A stretch of 59,547 nt of DNA, the filler included, from Actinomycetota bacterium (lineage in GTDB: Bacteria > Actinomycetota > Actinomycetes > JAKEEW01), in the NCBI GenBank assembly GCA_046725875.1. It is 4 parts of 4 records of this genome, joined end to end, with 100 filler letters (N's around TTAATTAATTAA, not from the genome) between each part and the next. Parts side by side here need not be neighbours in the genome. Positions count along the whole stretch, not along the records: positions 14,033 to 38,676 come from JBKOZJ010000191.1; positions 38,777 to 48,765 come from JBKOZJ010000192.1; 2 more parts are not named here. One strand, written 5' to 3'. Position numbers and translations under genes: made by a program. The notes under the pieces were generated by a model, which was not told where the DNA came from, did not search any database, and saw only the letters and a program-made list of their open reading frames with translations. This document shows positions 38,380 through 48,865 of this stretch, in pieces (positions within the stretch are counted from its first letter, which is position 1; every line of letters begins with the position of its first letter).

Positions 38380-38676
38380 ATGGACACCATCGCCGCCGAC
38401 ACACCGGGCGCGCAGCCGCGCGGCGCCTCTGCTGCACACACCGAGGACGCGGTCAAGATCTACGGCAGGGGGACGACCGCGGTTCGTGCGCTCGATGGAG
38501 TTAGCGTCGGGTTCGCGGATGGCGAGTTCGGCGCGATCATGGGCCCGTCCGGGTCGGGGAAGTCAACGCTCTTGCACTGCATGGCCGGGCTGGACACGCT
38601 GACCTCGGGTAAGGCCTTCATCGGTGACGAGGACCTCAGCGCCCTCGGCGATAAGGATCTCACCGTCCTTAGGCGG
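38380..38676 (+). CDS. ABC transporter ATP-binding protein (LolD/MacB type), cut by the contig end
   Basis: VRALDGV, GPSGSGKST. Confidence 0.9.
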
Positions 38677-38776
38677 NNNNNNNNNNNNNNNNNNNNNNNN
38701 NNNNNNNNNNNNNNNNNNNNTTAATTAATTAANNNNNNNNNNNNNNNNNNNNNNNNNNNNNNNNNNNNNNNNNNNN
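38677..38776. other. Artificial contig spacer
   Basis: N44-TTAATTAATTAA-N44. Confidence 0.99.
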
Positions 38777-38778
38777 TA

Positions 38779-39039
38779 GCGGCCTGGATCCCGAAGATCA
38801 CCGCGGGCCCAGACTATCAACAGGGCCGGCTAGCGATCGTGATCGCCTGGGACGAGAGCGAGGGTGCGAATCCGCTCATCCCCGCCTTCGTGCTGAGCGC
38901 GCACACGGCAGTGGGGACGACGAGCGGGACAGCCTTCGACCACTATTCACTGCTCAGGACCACCGAGGAGATCACCGGCGTTCCACTGCTCGGCAACGCG
39001 GCCACGGCTACCAGCATGCGTAGCGCGTTCAACCTCTAG
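38779..39039 (+). CDS. C-terminus of a phosphoesterase/acid phosphatase family protein (partial)
   Basis: WIPKI...IVIAWDE...FDHYSLLRTTEE. Confidence 0.75.
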   Translation, partial: AAWIPKITAGPDYQQGRLAIVIAWDESEGANPLIPAFVLSAHTAVGTTSGTAFDHYSLLRTTEEITGVPLLGNAATATSMRSAFNL

Positions 39040-39063
39040 ACCGGGCTCGACTAGGTTGCTCAC

Positions 39064-40311
39064 GTGACCGGTGCTGGGGCTGCCTCGCGCCGCATTGGGG
39101 TGGTCGGTGGCGGGATCCTGGGCGTCGCGGTTGCCCGCCGGCTGCTGCAGGTCGAGCCCGGCGCGACGGTCACTCTCCTCGACAAGGAGACCGAGCTCGG
39201 TCGGCACCAGACCGGCCACAATAGCGGTGTCGTCCATGCCGGCATCTACTACCAGCCGGGATCGCTGAAGGCGCAGCTCTGCCGGCGCGGGGCGGACCTG
39301 CTGAAGGAGTTCTGCGCCAAGCACCAGCTTCCTTATGAAGAGCTCGGAAAGCTCGTCGTCGCCCTCAATGAGCCAGAGCGGGCACGGCTATTGGAGATCC
39401 ATCGGCGGGCTGTCTCCAACGGCGTTCCGGGCGTCCGTCTGCTACACGGCTCCGAGATGCGCGAAATCGAACCCGCGGTCGCCGGAATCGCCGGCCTGCA
39501 CTCGCCGGCGACGGCCGTGGTCGACTTCGGCGCCGTCGCTAAAGCGCTTGCCACCGAGGCGGAAGGGCTGGGCTTGACCGTCCTCCTCGGCTACCAAGTG
39601 GTCGCGATCGCCGAGCGTGCCGGCGAGGTGCGTGTCCGCACGGAAGCGGGCCGACCACGGAACGCGGCCGGCGCGACAGAGGAGCTCGCGTTTGACCTTT
39701 TGATTCTCTGCGCCGGCCTCGAGTCCGACCGGTTGGCCGTACTCGCTGGGGACGACCGGGATCCGGCAATCGTGCCGTTCCGTGGGGAGTACCACCTGCT
39801 GGTGCCCGACCAGGCAAAGCTCATCCGCGGGCTCGTCTATCCCGTGCCCGACCCTCGCTACCCGTTTCTCGGCGTACACCTCACCAAGCGGCACGACGGG
39901 GAGATCCTCGTGGGCCCGAACGCGGTACTCGCCCTAGCCCGCGAGGGATACCGGCGCCGCGACCTCAGCGGGCGGGACCTCTGGGACACGCTGCGGTGGC
40001 CGGGCTTCCGTCGCTTTGCCGGCGCGCATTGGCGCACCGGGGTTCGAGAACTCGCCGGCTCGCTGTCAAAGCGGTTCTTCGCCGCAGCGGCGGCTCGCTA
40101 TCTGCCCGGACTCGCTGCAGGAGACCTGCTCCCCGGCCCGTCCGGTGTACGTGCCCAGGCGATGGCTCGCGACGGCACTCTGGTGGACGACTTTCGTATC
40201 TCCGTCCGCGGCCGGGTGATCGCAGTACGGAATGCGCCGTCACCGGCCGCCACCTCGTCGCTCGCGATCGCCGAGCACCTCGTGGAGCTCGTCCTGACCG
40301 ACCACCGATAA
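39064..40311 (+). CDS. lhgO: L-2-hydroxyglutarate oxidase
   Basis: VVGGGILG, HQTGHNSGVVHAGIYY.PGSLKA, PFRGEY, YPVPDP..PFLGVH, NAPSPAATSSL. Confidence 0.92.
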   Translation: MTGAGAASRRIGVVGGGILGVAVARRLLQVEPGATVTLLDKETELGRHQTGHNSGVVHAGIYYQPGSLKAQLCRRGADLLKEFCAKHQLPYEELGKLVVALNEPERARLLEIHRRAVSNGVPGVRLLHGSEMREIEPAVAGIAGLHSPATAVVDFGAVAKALATEAEGLGLTVLLGYQVVAIAERAGEVRVRTEAGRPRNAAGATEELAFDLLILCAGLESDRLAVLAGDDRDPAIVPFRGEYHLLVPDQAKLIRGLVYPVPDPRYPFLGVHLTKRHDGEILVGPNAVLALAREGYRRRDLSGRDLWDTLRWPGFRRFAGAHWRTGVRELAGSLSKRFFAAAAARYLPGLAAGDLLPGPSGVRAQAMARDGTLVDDFRISVRGRVIAVRNAPSPAATSSLAIAEHLVELVLTDHR

Positions 40312-40567
40312 CCGACTGTTCGGCATCGCCGGCGACACGAGGCCACGAGTGCGGACGACCTTTGCGTCGTTGTTGTTGGCCACAGACGGCTTCACCATGA
40401 TCGACGTGCAGTGTGTCGAGGACGGCGTCGTTCGGGGTCGCCCTCGAGGCGCTGGCGGCAGGGATCGAGTCGATGCCCACCCGCCAGTTGCCAATCATCG
40501 TCGGCCGCCGCTTCACACCGTTGGGAGTCCGTTGGTGCAGGGCCGGGCTCACCCGTCGGCGGCCGCC

Positions 40568-42037
40568 TCAGCGCGGATCGTTGTCCAGGATGCGGACCAC
40601 CGCGGTCGACTCGCCGATGTCGGCGGCGTGGGCTCCGGTCAGCACGACCGAGAACCTCTCCGTGCTCTCATGCAGCGCGTCGTCGTACGTGTCGACTGTG
40701 ATCGTCTTGGCGGTCTCGCCAGGCCAGAACACGAGCTGCCCGGAGGCCCCGGCGAAGTCGAGGCCTCCTACGGCCGTGCCGGAGACGGTGGTCCAGTCCA
40801 CCGTCACGATGTTCGTCGTGAGCCGGGACAGCGAGACATGCACGGTCGCGGAGCCGCCCTCGACCACCGACGCGTCCTCCGTGGAGACCCGCGGGTGCCG
40901 GCCGTCCGGAACGACCAGCGCGGCGTAGACGTCGTCGACCCCGTTCGTGTCGGTCGCCACGATCGGACCGTCCGACACGAGGACCGCGAGCGTGCCGCCG
41001 GCGACCGCGTTGCTGAGGTCGGTCGCCGCGCCGGGCCCTGTCTCCACCTGGCCGGTCGACCGGTCCAGCACGAAGCTGCCGTCCACCTGGTAGCCGACGA
41101 ACCGGCCGTCCGGCGAGCTGGCCAGCACGGTCCCAACCTCCTGCGGGTGGTCCGCCGTGCCGCTGTCCAGTTGGGCCTCGGCGCCGGTCGTCAGGTTGCG
41201 CAGGAACAGGTGCGGCGGCTCGTTGCCGAAATAGGACCCGAGCCGGTAGAGAAGCACGGTCCCGTTGTCAGACAACACGAACGTGTCACTGTCCGCGCCG
41301 AACGACTGGAAGATCGTGGTGCCGGAGGTCAGGTCGATGATCTTGATCACGCCGGTGCTCCGCCAGTTCGTATTGAGACCGAGGATCCGGCCGCCGGCGA
41401 CCAGCTGCACCTGCGACACCCCCTGGCCTTCGGCGGCCTCGCTATAAACGACGCTCGACGTCCCGGTCGCGCGGTCCCAGACGTTCACCCGATACGGGTC
41501 CTCCACGTCGAAGACGAACTGCCAGAAGGCGACCTTCTCGCCGTGTGCGGTCACCGACGGCGCGACGAGGCAATCGGTCGTGCCGGGCGCCCCGGTCGCG
41601 CTCACGGCCGCGGTGGAGCCGGCGGCGAGGTCGCGCAGGTACACCGCGTCGCCGTCCGGCGAGTCACCGCAGAACACGAGCCAACGCCCGTCGCTGGACA
41701 ACCTGGGGTGGTTCGACCAGGCCAGCAGGGCACCGTCGACGCCGACCCCCGCGGTGCTCAGCGTTCCCGAGGAGCGATCCCGGACGTAAACGTGGCTTTG
41801 CCCGTTCAGGCCCGCCACCAGGTTCGTGGCGGACGAGGCGAAGGCGACGAACCGGCCGTCGGCCGACTCCGTCGCCTCGGCGGACGGCCCATCCGCGACG
41901 TCACCGGTCGCGGTCTTGCTGATCAATTCCCACGACGCGACGTCCGCCCCGGCCGGCGAGGCGAGGCCAGCCACTCCCAGCGTCGAGACACCGAGGACGG
42001 CGACGAACGCGGTCGCTAAGCGACGGCGAGTCACCAT
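40568..42037 (-). CDS. Secreted protein with TolB-like beta-propeller repeats and a C-terminal Calx-beta domain
   Basis: Signal peptide; SADGRFVAFASSATNLV repeats; GQLVFWPGETAKTITVDTYDDALHESTERFSVVL. Confidence 0.85.
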   Translation of the reverse strand: MVTRRRLATAFVAVLGVSTLGVAGLASPAGADVASWELISKTATGDVADGPSAEATESADGRFVAFASSATNLVAGLNGQSHVYVRDRSSGTLSTAGVGVDGALLAWSNHPRLSSDGRWLVFCGDSPDGDAVYLRDLAAGSTAAVSATGAPGTTDCLVAPSVTAHGEKVAFWQFVFDVEDPYRVNVWDRATGTSSVVYSEAAEGQGVSQVQLVAGGRILGLNTNWRSTGVIKIIDLTSGTTIFQSFGADSDTFVLSDNGTVLLYRLGSYFGNEPPHLFLRNLTTGAEAQLDSGTADHPQEVGTVLASSPDGRFVGYQVDGSFVLDRSTGQVETGPGAATDLSNAVAGGTLAVLVSDGPIVATDTNGVDDVYAALVVPDGRHPRVSTEDASVVEGGSATVHVSLSRLTTNIVTVDWTTVSGTAVGGLDFAGASGQLVFWPGETAKTITVDTYDDALHESTERFSVVLTGAHAADIGESTAVVRILDNDPR

Positions 42038-42220
42038 GACAACCTCCAAAGCGGAGCAAATTGCCACTCGAGATGTAGGTTAGCGCCAAAGTAGACATGT
42101 GACATCTCGACGGATTGCAATTCCAGAATTGGAAGGCTGGCCGGTCGATTATCGTCGGCTCCGTCCCGGTGAAAGCAGCAGCTTCGCCCAGGACCGCGCG
42201 CGTCGTAGTCTCCCGCTTCC

Positions 42221-45200
42221 TCACCCTGAACGTATGGCGCTAAGGTTATCCACGCTCAACGTGACAGGCGCGTTCGTCGCATTGCCCGCAAGGTAGCTCC
42301 AGACCCCAACACCGCCAGGTGTCTGAAGGGCGGCGGTCGCGTCGGTGGTGCTTACCTGCCAGCCGACCGGCTCAGCTGCACCGTCCGCCCAAACCTTGGC
42401 TTGGAGGGTCGTCGGTGCGCTACCAGTGACCTGGAACCGAACACGTAGGTTGACCCCCGGCCCATATGCCAGGCCCGCAATTGTTTGCTCGGTCGCAATC
42501 ACTGTCTCAGCACCAGTGGAATCCGTCCTGCTCAATGAGAGGCCAACGCCGCCACTGGCGAGGAACCTAACCTTAGCCCGATAGCTTCCGGCACTGCTGA
42601 TGTAACGGCCGACGATCGCGAAGTAGACACCATTCCCGGTACTGGTCTTGTCGGTGCTCACCGTGACCGTGGTGTCCGCGCCGCCTGATGTTGCCTGGGT
42701 CAGATAGGCGGCGCGACCCGTAGCCGGCGCCGGTAGGACGATCTTTCCGGCGCTACCGTCCACCGAGAAGTTCGACGATGTCCCGCTGAGCGTCCAGCTG
42801 CCACCAACATCAGCAATACCGAAGCCATTCGAGACAGTCCGGGAGAAGGTGTCCGCGGCAACGGTCTGCGAGATCACCGATACGATACGGTTCACCACGT
42901 TAGAGTCGCCATCATCGTCCGTCACAGTGAGCCTAACGGTGAAGTCTCCGGCCGAAGGGAAGGTGTGGGTGACGCTCTGACCGGAGCCGCCGGCGCCGTC
43001 GCCGAAGTCCCATACGTAGGAGCTGATCGTCCCGTCGGGGTCGGAGGATGACGATCCGTCGAACGTGCACTCGAGCCACGTACACGACCAGGTGAAGGCC
43101 GCAGTCGGCGGCTGGTTTGGCGCGACAGTGCCACGACCCACCCCGTAGTGTTCGGTGACCTTGCTCGCACTCAGGACACTTGAGTAGATGGCGACCTCGT
43201 CAATGGATCCTTTAAGGAAGTTGCTCGACGGCTTGTTGGGCCATCCATTGAGGTTGTCGCCGCCTACCCGCCAATATCCGTTGAAGGGCTGCCCAGCAGT
43301 GGTCGCCGAATCGCTCCCGACGAGCGCGCCGTCCACATACAGCCTCATCCCGTTTGCTGCGCTCAACGCACCGACGACGTGATGCCACTGGTTATTGTTG
43401 AAGCCGGTACCGCTCTGGATGATGTGCGCCCCGTTGCTGTAAACCCCGAACGTCAAGCGCCCGTCATTGGTCAGATAGATGTGGCGGTCGTAGCTCGGGC
43501 TGTTACCAGTCCTGGACGACCCGTATCCAACGATCTTTCCACCCTGTGTGCTGCTCGTCTTGAACCAGGTCTCGATCGACAGGTCTGGAGGGGCCGGGAG
43601 CGCTGGGGTCTGGCTGACCGCGAACCCGCTGCTCGTGCCGCTAAATCCGGAAGCGCCGTCGGAGTCGCCGACAAGTGCGCCAGAGACGTTTCGGGTCACA
43701 CCCGAGTTTGTCGTCAGATCGTTGCCGCCAGCGTAGTCATAGGCGGTTGTCCCGCTCGTCTCCCCGAGCCGCCAGTAGCTCGTCGCTCCGTCGCCGAGCA
43801 CGGTTGTGGCGTAGGCACTTGGCGATTGGCTGCCAACCGTCACTGTGTTCGATACTGGACTTGTGATCGAGTTGCCGAGCGGGTCAGTCGCGCGTACGGC
43901 ATAGCTATGGCTGGAGCCGGGTGTAAGGCCGCCCTCGCTAAGTCCTAGCGGTGGCAAAATCCAGAAGGTCGAGTTGGCGGAAACAGTGCCGATTGGGGTG
44001 GGGTTCCCATCTCGCAACACCGCATACGTGAGCTTGTTGTTGTCCGGGTCCCAGCTTGCCCGCCAGCCCACTCGCACCAGGCCGCCCGCCAGCGCCGTGG
44101 CGATCGGAGCTGATAGGGAGGAGGACCGCGGACCGATCTTGTTTGGTGCGATTGTTTTGATTGCATAACGGACCAGTCCCTGCTGGGCGACCCCCTCCAC
44201 CTGCGGGAATTCACCACCGAGGGCCACGTACTTGTCGTTTGCAGCAACGGTCCACGCGGCTTGACCCTGGCCGGTATATGTGCCGGCGATCAGCGATGGG
44301 AACCAGTGCAGCAATGACGGAGCCGGGATGCCGTTATAGTTCCACCCGTACGAGTCTGGTCCTTTGTTCGTGCCGGTCGCATATGTTGTACTCGCGAGCG
44401 CACGGTACCACTTGCGGGGGTTGACATCGGGAAACGCTCCGATGGGAGAGCAATCGTGAGCGTGTGAGACACTGTAAACGACCTGGCCGATGGGAAAGAC
44501 ATCATAAGTGTCGCCGTGGCAGTCTGTTAGCCACTTGATCTGACCTGTCAGTGGATCAGCAGCGAACGTTCCTTCGAATTGGGAGCCCGATCCGAACGCA
44601 TAGCCCGCTCCATAGATCCATGAACCATCGGTGCGAAGGCTGGTGATCGCTCCATCTGATCCCGCATCGCGAATCGTCGCATTCGCGGCCCACTGGAGTG
44701 TCGCGCCGGTCGTCGCATCGAGCGCCCCCATGCCCCAGGCATAGACACCGTTGAGCGTCGTGAAGTGGCCGCCGACCACAACGCGGCTGCCGTCCGGCGC
44801 GAGCACCATAGTGGTGAGCTCGCCGTCATCTGCAGTCGGCTTCCACGTCGATATGTTCGATCCAGTGCTCGCCGTCACCGCCGCCAGCCGCGTCCGCGCC
44901 GATCCGTTGACATTGAAGAAGTTCCCGCCAATGTAAACGGTCGAATTCGTGGCTGCGATACCACGAATACGTCCGGAAACACTGGGCTTGAACGATGTAT
45001 CGAGTGTTCCGGTCGCGGTATTGAATGCAGCAACATGGTTTCGCGTTTGCCCGTCGACAGTGGTGAAGTCACCGCCGACGTAGACCCGAGAACCGTCCGG
45101 CGATACCGTGATCACAAAACCCTGGGCGTTTAGCGAATGGTCGAAGGCCGTGATCAGATTGCCGGTCGTGATGTCGTACGCGAGCAGATTGGAGCGGTTC

Positions 45201-45505
45201 ACCTCCTGTGGGCTGCCTGTCGCCGTTCCAGGCGGCCGCGCCTTCGTGAAGCTTCCGGTCGCGTAGACCGTGCTGCCGACAAGGACTTGGCTCCACACGA
45301 CACCGTTGATCTGCCATGTTGGGAGTGGATCAACACTAACAGTTGCCGGAGTCCCAACGGGCGGCACCGTATCCGCTCCTGCTGGCGAAACGGCCTGGAT
45401 GCCGAGCCCCGCCAGCAGCCCGGCCACCCCAACACCAACTCCAAGGACCCGACGCCAAGTCCTCCCGCGCGTCATTGCCGCAGTCACGTTATGCTCCATG
45501 GCCAC
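42221..45505 (-). CDS. Large secreted protein: beta-propeller, FN3-like, LamG and PKD domains
   Basis: GGDFTTVDG repeats; YWRLGE...SIETWFK...WHHVV...GSIDEVAIY; FDGSSSSDPDGTISSYVWDFGDG. Confidence 0.9.
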   Translation of the reverse strand: MAMEHNVTAAMTRGRTWRRVLGVGVGVAGLLAGLGIQAVSPAGADTVPPVGTPATVSVDPLPTWQINGVVWSQVLVGSTVYATGSFTKARPPGTATGSPQEVNRSNLLAYDITTGNLITAFDHSLNAQGFVITVSPDGSRVYVGGDFTTVDGQTRNHVAAFNTATGTLDTSFKPSVSGRIRGIAATNSTVYIGGNFFNVNGSARTRLAAVTASTGSNISTWKPTADDGELTTMVLAPDGSRVVVGGHFTTLNGVYAWGMGALDATTGATLQWAANATIRDAGSDGAITSLRTDGSWIYGAGYAFGSGSQFEGTFAADPLTGQIKWLTDCHGDTYDVFPIGQVVYSVSHAHDCSPIGAFPDVNPRKWYRALASTTYATGTNKGPDSYGWNYNGIPAPSLLHWFPSLIAGTYTGQGQAAWTVAANDKYVALGGEFPQVEGVAQQGLVRYAIKTIAPNKIGPRSSSLSAPIATALAGGLVRVGWRASWDPDNNKLTYAVLRDGNPTPIGTVSANSTFWILPPLGLSEGGLTPGSSHSYAVRATDPLGNSITSPVSNTVTVGSQSPSAYATTVLGDGATSYWRLGETSGTTAYDYAGGNDLTTNSGVTRNVSGALVGDSDGASGFSGTSSGFAVSQTPALPAPPDLSIETWFKTSSTQGGKIVGYGSSRTGNSPSYDRHIYLTNDGRLTFGVYSNGAHIIQSGTGFNNNQWHHVVGALSAANGMRLYVDGALVGSDSATTAGQPFNGYWRVGGDNLNGWPNKPSSNFLKGSIDEVAIYSSVLSASKVTEHYGVGRGTVAPNQPPTAAFTWSCTWLECTFDGSSSSDPDGTISSYVWDFGDGAGGSGQSVTHTFPSAGDFTVRLTVTDDDGDSNVVNRIVSVISQTVAADTFSRTVSNGFGIADVGGSWTLSGTSSNFSVDGSAGKIVLPAPATGRAAYLTQATSGGADTTVTVSTDKTSTGNGVYFAIVGRYISSAGSYRAKVRFLASGGVGLSLSRTDSTGAETVIATEQTIAGLAYGPGVNLRVRFQVTGSAPTTLQAKVWADGAAEPVGWQVSTTDATAALQTPGGVGVWSYLAGNATNAPVTLSVDNLSAIRSG

Positions 45506-45671
45506 CGACCCCCTAGCCCCCCGTTGCCCCGGCGACTGATCGCAGTCTAGTGCCGGGGGCCCATCGAAACCATCCGGCGAAGTAACGATCCGAGGATCGG
45601 CCTCCCGTGTGAGAACAATCCGCCACCTCAGGTGACTCCTTGTACCCGAGTCGTAGTGCGAGAATGCGCAC

Positions 45672-46844
45672 GTGACTGGGACTTCGCGCCGAACAGTGGT
45701 TCTGGCACATCCATCTCCCGACCTCTATGGGTCGGACCGCATGCTCATCGAATCGGTCCGCGCAGTGAACGCGGACTGCCATGTCGTGGTCGCCCTGCCG
45801 TGTGACGGACCCCTGGTCGATCATCTTGTGCGTGCGGGTGCCGAAGTTGCGATACTTCCGTTTCCGGTGCTCCGGAAGTCGCTGCTATCTGCTCGCGGGA
45901 TGATTAGCCTTGCTCTAGCCACCTGCCGTGCCCTTCCCCGGCTTGTGCGTCTCATTCGAGGCCGCCGAGCCGAGGCGGTCTATGTCAACACAGTCACAAT
46001 ACCTATTTGGTTGATGGCTGCTCGGATCGCTCGAACACCCGCGATCTGCCACGTACACGAGGCCGAGGAGGGTGTGAGCCCCTTGCTGCAGTGGCTCCTA
46101 GCCCTTCCGCTACGGCTCGCTGGAAGCGTCGTGGCGAACAGCCACGCAAGTCGGTTAGCTCTTGCAGACGCCGGTCTTCGCGGTGGTAAGCGTGTCCAGG
46201 TCGTATACAACGGCATGGTGGGGCCGGCCGAGGTCGTACCTCCTCGAGCGGAGCGACCAGGAAGGCTGGTCGTCGTCAGTCGGCTTTCCCCGCGAAAGGG
46301 AACGGACGTGGCGGTCGATGCGACGCTGCGCCTCCGCGAGCAAGGCTTCCCGGTGAGCTTGACGCTCGTCGGCGGCGTCTTTCCTGGATACGAGTGGTTC
46401 GAGGAGAAGCTGCGCCGCATGGCGGCAGGCTCCCCCGCGATCAGCTTCGCCGGCATCCACGACTCCGTTTGGTGGGCCTTTGCGGAAGCAGACATTGCGC
46501 TCGTTCCCTCGAGATGGGAGCCATTCGGGAACGTCGCGGTCGAAGCGATGCTCGCCGGTCGCCCTGTTGTTGCAAGCGATGTCCAAGGGCTAAGAGAGAT
46601 CATCCGCGATGGTGAGACGGGACTACTCGTTCCAGCCGACGATGCTGCGGCGCTCGCAGGCGCCGTATCCTCTCTTCTTGTCGACTGGCCCAGAGCAATG
46701 AGATTGGCCGAGGCCGGCCGGGCCGATGCGTTGCACCGCTTCGACCGAGGGCGTTACCAAGCCGACATCAGACGGGTAGTGCACAGTGTGACCGGACGCA
46801 GCACGATGAACTCTCGACCAAGATTGGCCGGAATGCCCGATTAG
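45672..46844 (+). CDS. Glycosyltransferase family 4
   Basis: HPSPDLYGSDR, HVHEAE, RLSPRKG, EPFGNVAVEAM. Confidence 0.92.
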   Translation: MTGTSRRTVVLAHPSPDLYGSDRMLIESVRAVNADCHVVVALPCDGPLVDHLVRAGAEVAILPFPVLRKSLLSARGMISLALATCRALPRLVRLIRGRRAEAVYVNTVTIPIWLMAARIARTPAICHVHEAEEGVSPLLQWLLALPLRLAGSVVANSHASRLALADAGLRGGKRVQVVYNGMVGPAEVVPPRAERPGRLVVVSRLSPRKGTDVAVDATLRLREQGFPVSLTLVGGVFPGYEWFEEKLRRMAAGSPAISFAGIHDSVWWAFAEADIALVPSRWEPFGNVAVEAMLAGRPVVASDVQGLREIIRDGETGLLVPADDAAALAGAVSSLLVDWPRAMRLAEAGRADALHRFDRGRYQADIRRVVHSVTGRSTMNSRPRLAGMPD

Positions 46845-47156
46845 GTCGATCTTGCTACAGGGCGCGCCGATACATGCGAGGGGAGGATCTTAGTGGCGGT
46901 AGGCAGCCCAAACCCAAGTCCCGACACTGGTGAGACTTCCTCTATTAGGGGCGTTCTGGATTACGGACGATCTTCTCTCCCCATCGTGTCGATCCCGGCG
47001 ATTGCGGGCGGGGTGAGCACGATCCCTCGCACGCCTCCGCGTTCGAGATCGTCTCGTGGGGTTCGGGGATAAGGGAGACGATGCACACAGTGCAAAGGGT
47101 GGAAGAGTTCTGGCGACCCTACAGCCCAATCATCAGCCGATCATTTAGCTAACCCT

Positions 47157-48557
47157 GTGATCAGTCGTCACGCTCAACAGCGGAATCCAGGAGCTAGCTC
47201 GCGCCAGATCTCATCGGCGAGTGGTGCCGTTGCTGTTCAATTCGTCCTGGCGGGCGGAAGCTTTGTTCTGCAGGCCGTCGCCGCCCGAAACCTTGGCGCG
47301 GCTGGCTACGGTACGTATGCCGTCCTTTACTCGATTCTCATCGTCATGACCGCGATCCACACCAGCTGGGTTGGTGACAGTCTTACTGTCTTTGATCGTT
47401 TCGATCGTCGCATCCGGTCAGCGCTTTGGATCTGTTTCCTCCTGTCCATCATGGGCGGAGTTGTCCTCGCGCTCGGCGCCTCCACCGTAATGACGGGCCT
47501 GTCGATCGAAGCCGTTGTACTCTTCGTCACGGTCACGGTCCTATGGCTTGCAAATGAGACTGGTCGGCGGATCTTCGCTGCACGAATGGAGTTCTGGCGC
47601 CTCGCAATCAACGACATCGCCTGGTATGTGGCCACGCTCGCGTCGATCGCAATCCTCGCCTGGCAGGGGATAACCATCAGCTTGGCTTCGATCCTTGGCG
47701 CAATGTGCATCGGTCTCATGCTTGCTATTGTTCTGGCCCGCGTCCGCCTACCGAGGCGCGAGTACGCCTTCGTCTCCATGCGCGATGCGGCCGTGACCGA
47801 AGTGCTCGGATTCGCGGGATGGCGCTCGGTGCAAGCCGGTTTGCGTCCCCTAACACTGTTTCTTGCCCGGCTTCTCATCGTCGTGCAAGCGGGCCCAGCG
47901 GTCCTCGGGGGAATAGAGGCTGCGCGCCTTCTTATGGCACCTGGCATTACGATCATCAACGGATCAGGTTGGTTCTTGCTGGGCGACTTCGCGATCGCTC
48001 AGCGCACCGGCCAGCCGGTGAGAACGCGCCGAGCGCTGCGCGCGACCGGCATCCTGGTGGCTGTGACGTCAGTTCTCGGCGTTATTTCGGTAGCTTCGGT
48101 GACCTGGCTCGAACCACTGCTCACGGCGGACTCCTTCGCGGTCAGCCGTATAGCGCTCGTGGGATGGGCCATCTACACGGTTTGCTTCGCGTGCACGATG
48201 CCGATGGGGAACCTTGCAGCCGCACGGCGACAGTCACGCTTGGTCTTCGCGATCCGGGGCATCGAGACGATCATCGGCCTGCTTGCGCTCACCGCGCTGC
48301 TCGCCATCTCGGCAGACCTTGCGCCGCTTGCGCCGTACTGCCTCGGGGCGGGCGGAATCGCATCGGCCGCTGTTCTGTGGAGCCGCCTTCGGCGACAGGA
48401 CCCGGCTGCGGCCTCGACCACACCGGTGGATAGTGGATCGGCAGCCCGCCCCACTGACCCCGAAGCCGGGTCCGACACACGTTCGGCCGTTGCCAGGGTA
48501 AGCGCCCAGGATGATGACGGATCTGATCGTGGAATGTCGGCGGAGACGTCCTTGTAG
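47157..48557 (+). CDS. Polysaccharide export/flippase (Wzx-like) membrane protein
   Basis: ARNLGAAGYG near the N-terminus; many TM helices; next to the GT4 gene. Confidence 0.7.
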   Translation: MISRHAQQRNPGASSRQISSASGAVAVQFVLAGGSFVLQAVAARNLGAAGYGTYAVLYSILIVMTAIHTSWVGDSLTVFDRFDRRIRSALWICFLLSIMGGVVLALGASTVMTGLSIEAVVLFVTVTVLWLANETGRRIFAARMEFWRLAINDIAWYVATLASIAILAWQGITISLASILGAMCIGLMLAIVLARVRLPRREYAFVSMRDAAVTEVLGFAGWRSVQAGLRPLTLFLARLLIVVQAGPAVLGGIEAARLLMAPGITIINGSGWFLLGDFAIAQRTGQPVRTRRALRATGILVAVTSVLGVISVASVTWLEPLLTADSFAVSRIALVGWAIYTVCFACTMPMGNLAAARRQSRLVFAIRGIETIIGLLALTALLAISADLAPLAPYCLGAGGIASAAVLWSRLRRQDPAAASTTPVDSGSAARPTDPEAGSDTRSAVARVSAQDDDGSDRGMSAETSL

Positions 48558-48621
48558 CCCCGCTCGTATACTCGGTCGCCTATTGCGAGTGACCAACTGA
48601 CCAATAGCAGAAGGCCTAGAC

Positions 48622-48765
48622 GTGGCGATAACCATCCCCCGTTCGAATCTGCGGCCCCTCGCCGGGCCGCCTGCATTGTTGCTCGCCGCCTTGATGGCGG
48701 GCGGGCTTGTCGCCTGTTCAAACGGTGCCGGCGAGGCTGGGGCAGCACCATCGAATTCGGCTACC
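48622..48765 (+). CDS. Putative lipoprotein, N-terminus only
   Basis: LVAC lipobox; cut by the contig end. Confidence 0.5.
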
Positions 48766-48865
48766 NNNNNNNNNNNNNNNNNNNNNNNNNNNNNNNNNNN
48801 NNNNNNNNNTTAATTAATTAANNNNNNNNNNNNNNNNNNNNNNNNNNNNNNNNNNNNNNNNNNNN
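48766..48865. other. Artificial contig spacer
   Basis: N44-TTAATTAATTAA-N44. Confidence 0.99.

Noticed and set aside
46895..46902. GGCGGTAG ops/JUMPstart-like word upstream of the flippase
   Set aside because: It lacks the downstream TG, an 8-mer is expected by chance at this GC, and RfaH/ops is a proteobacterial system.
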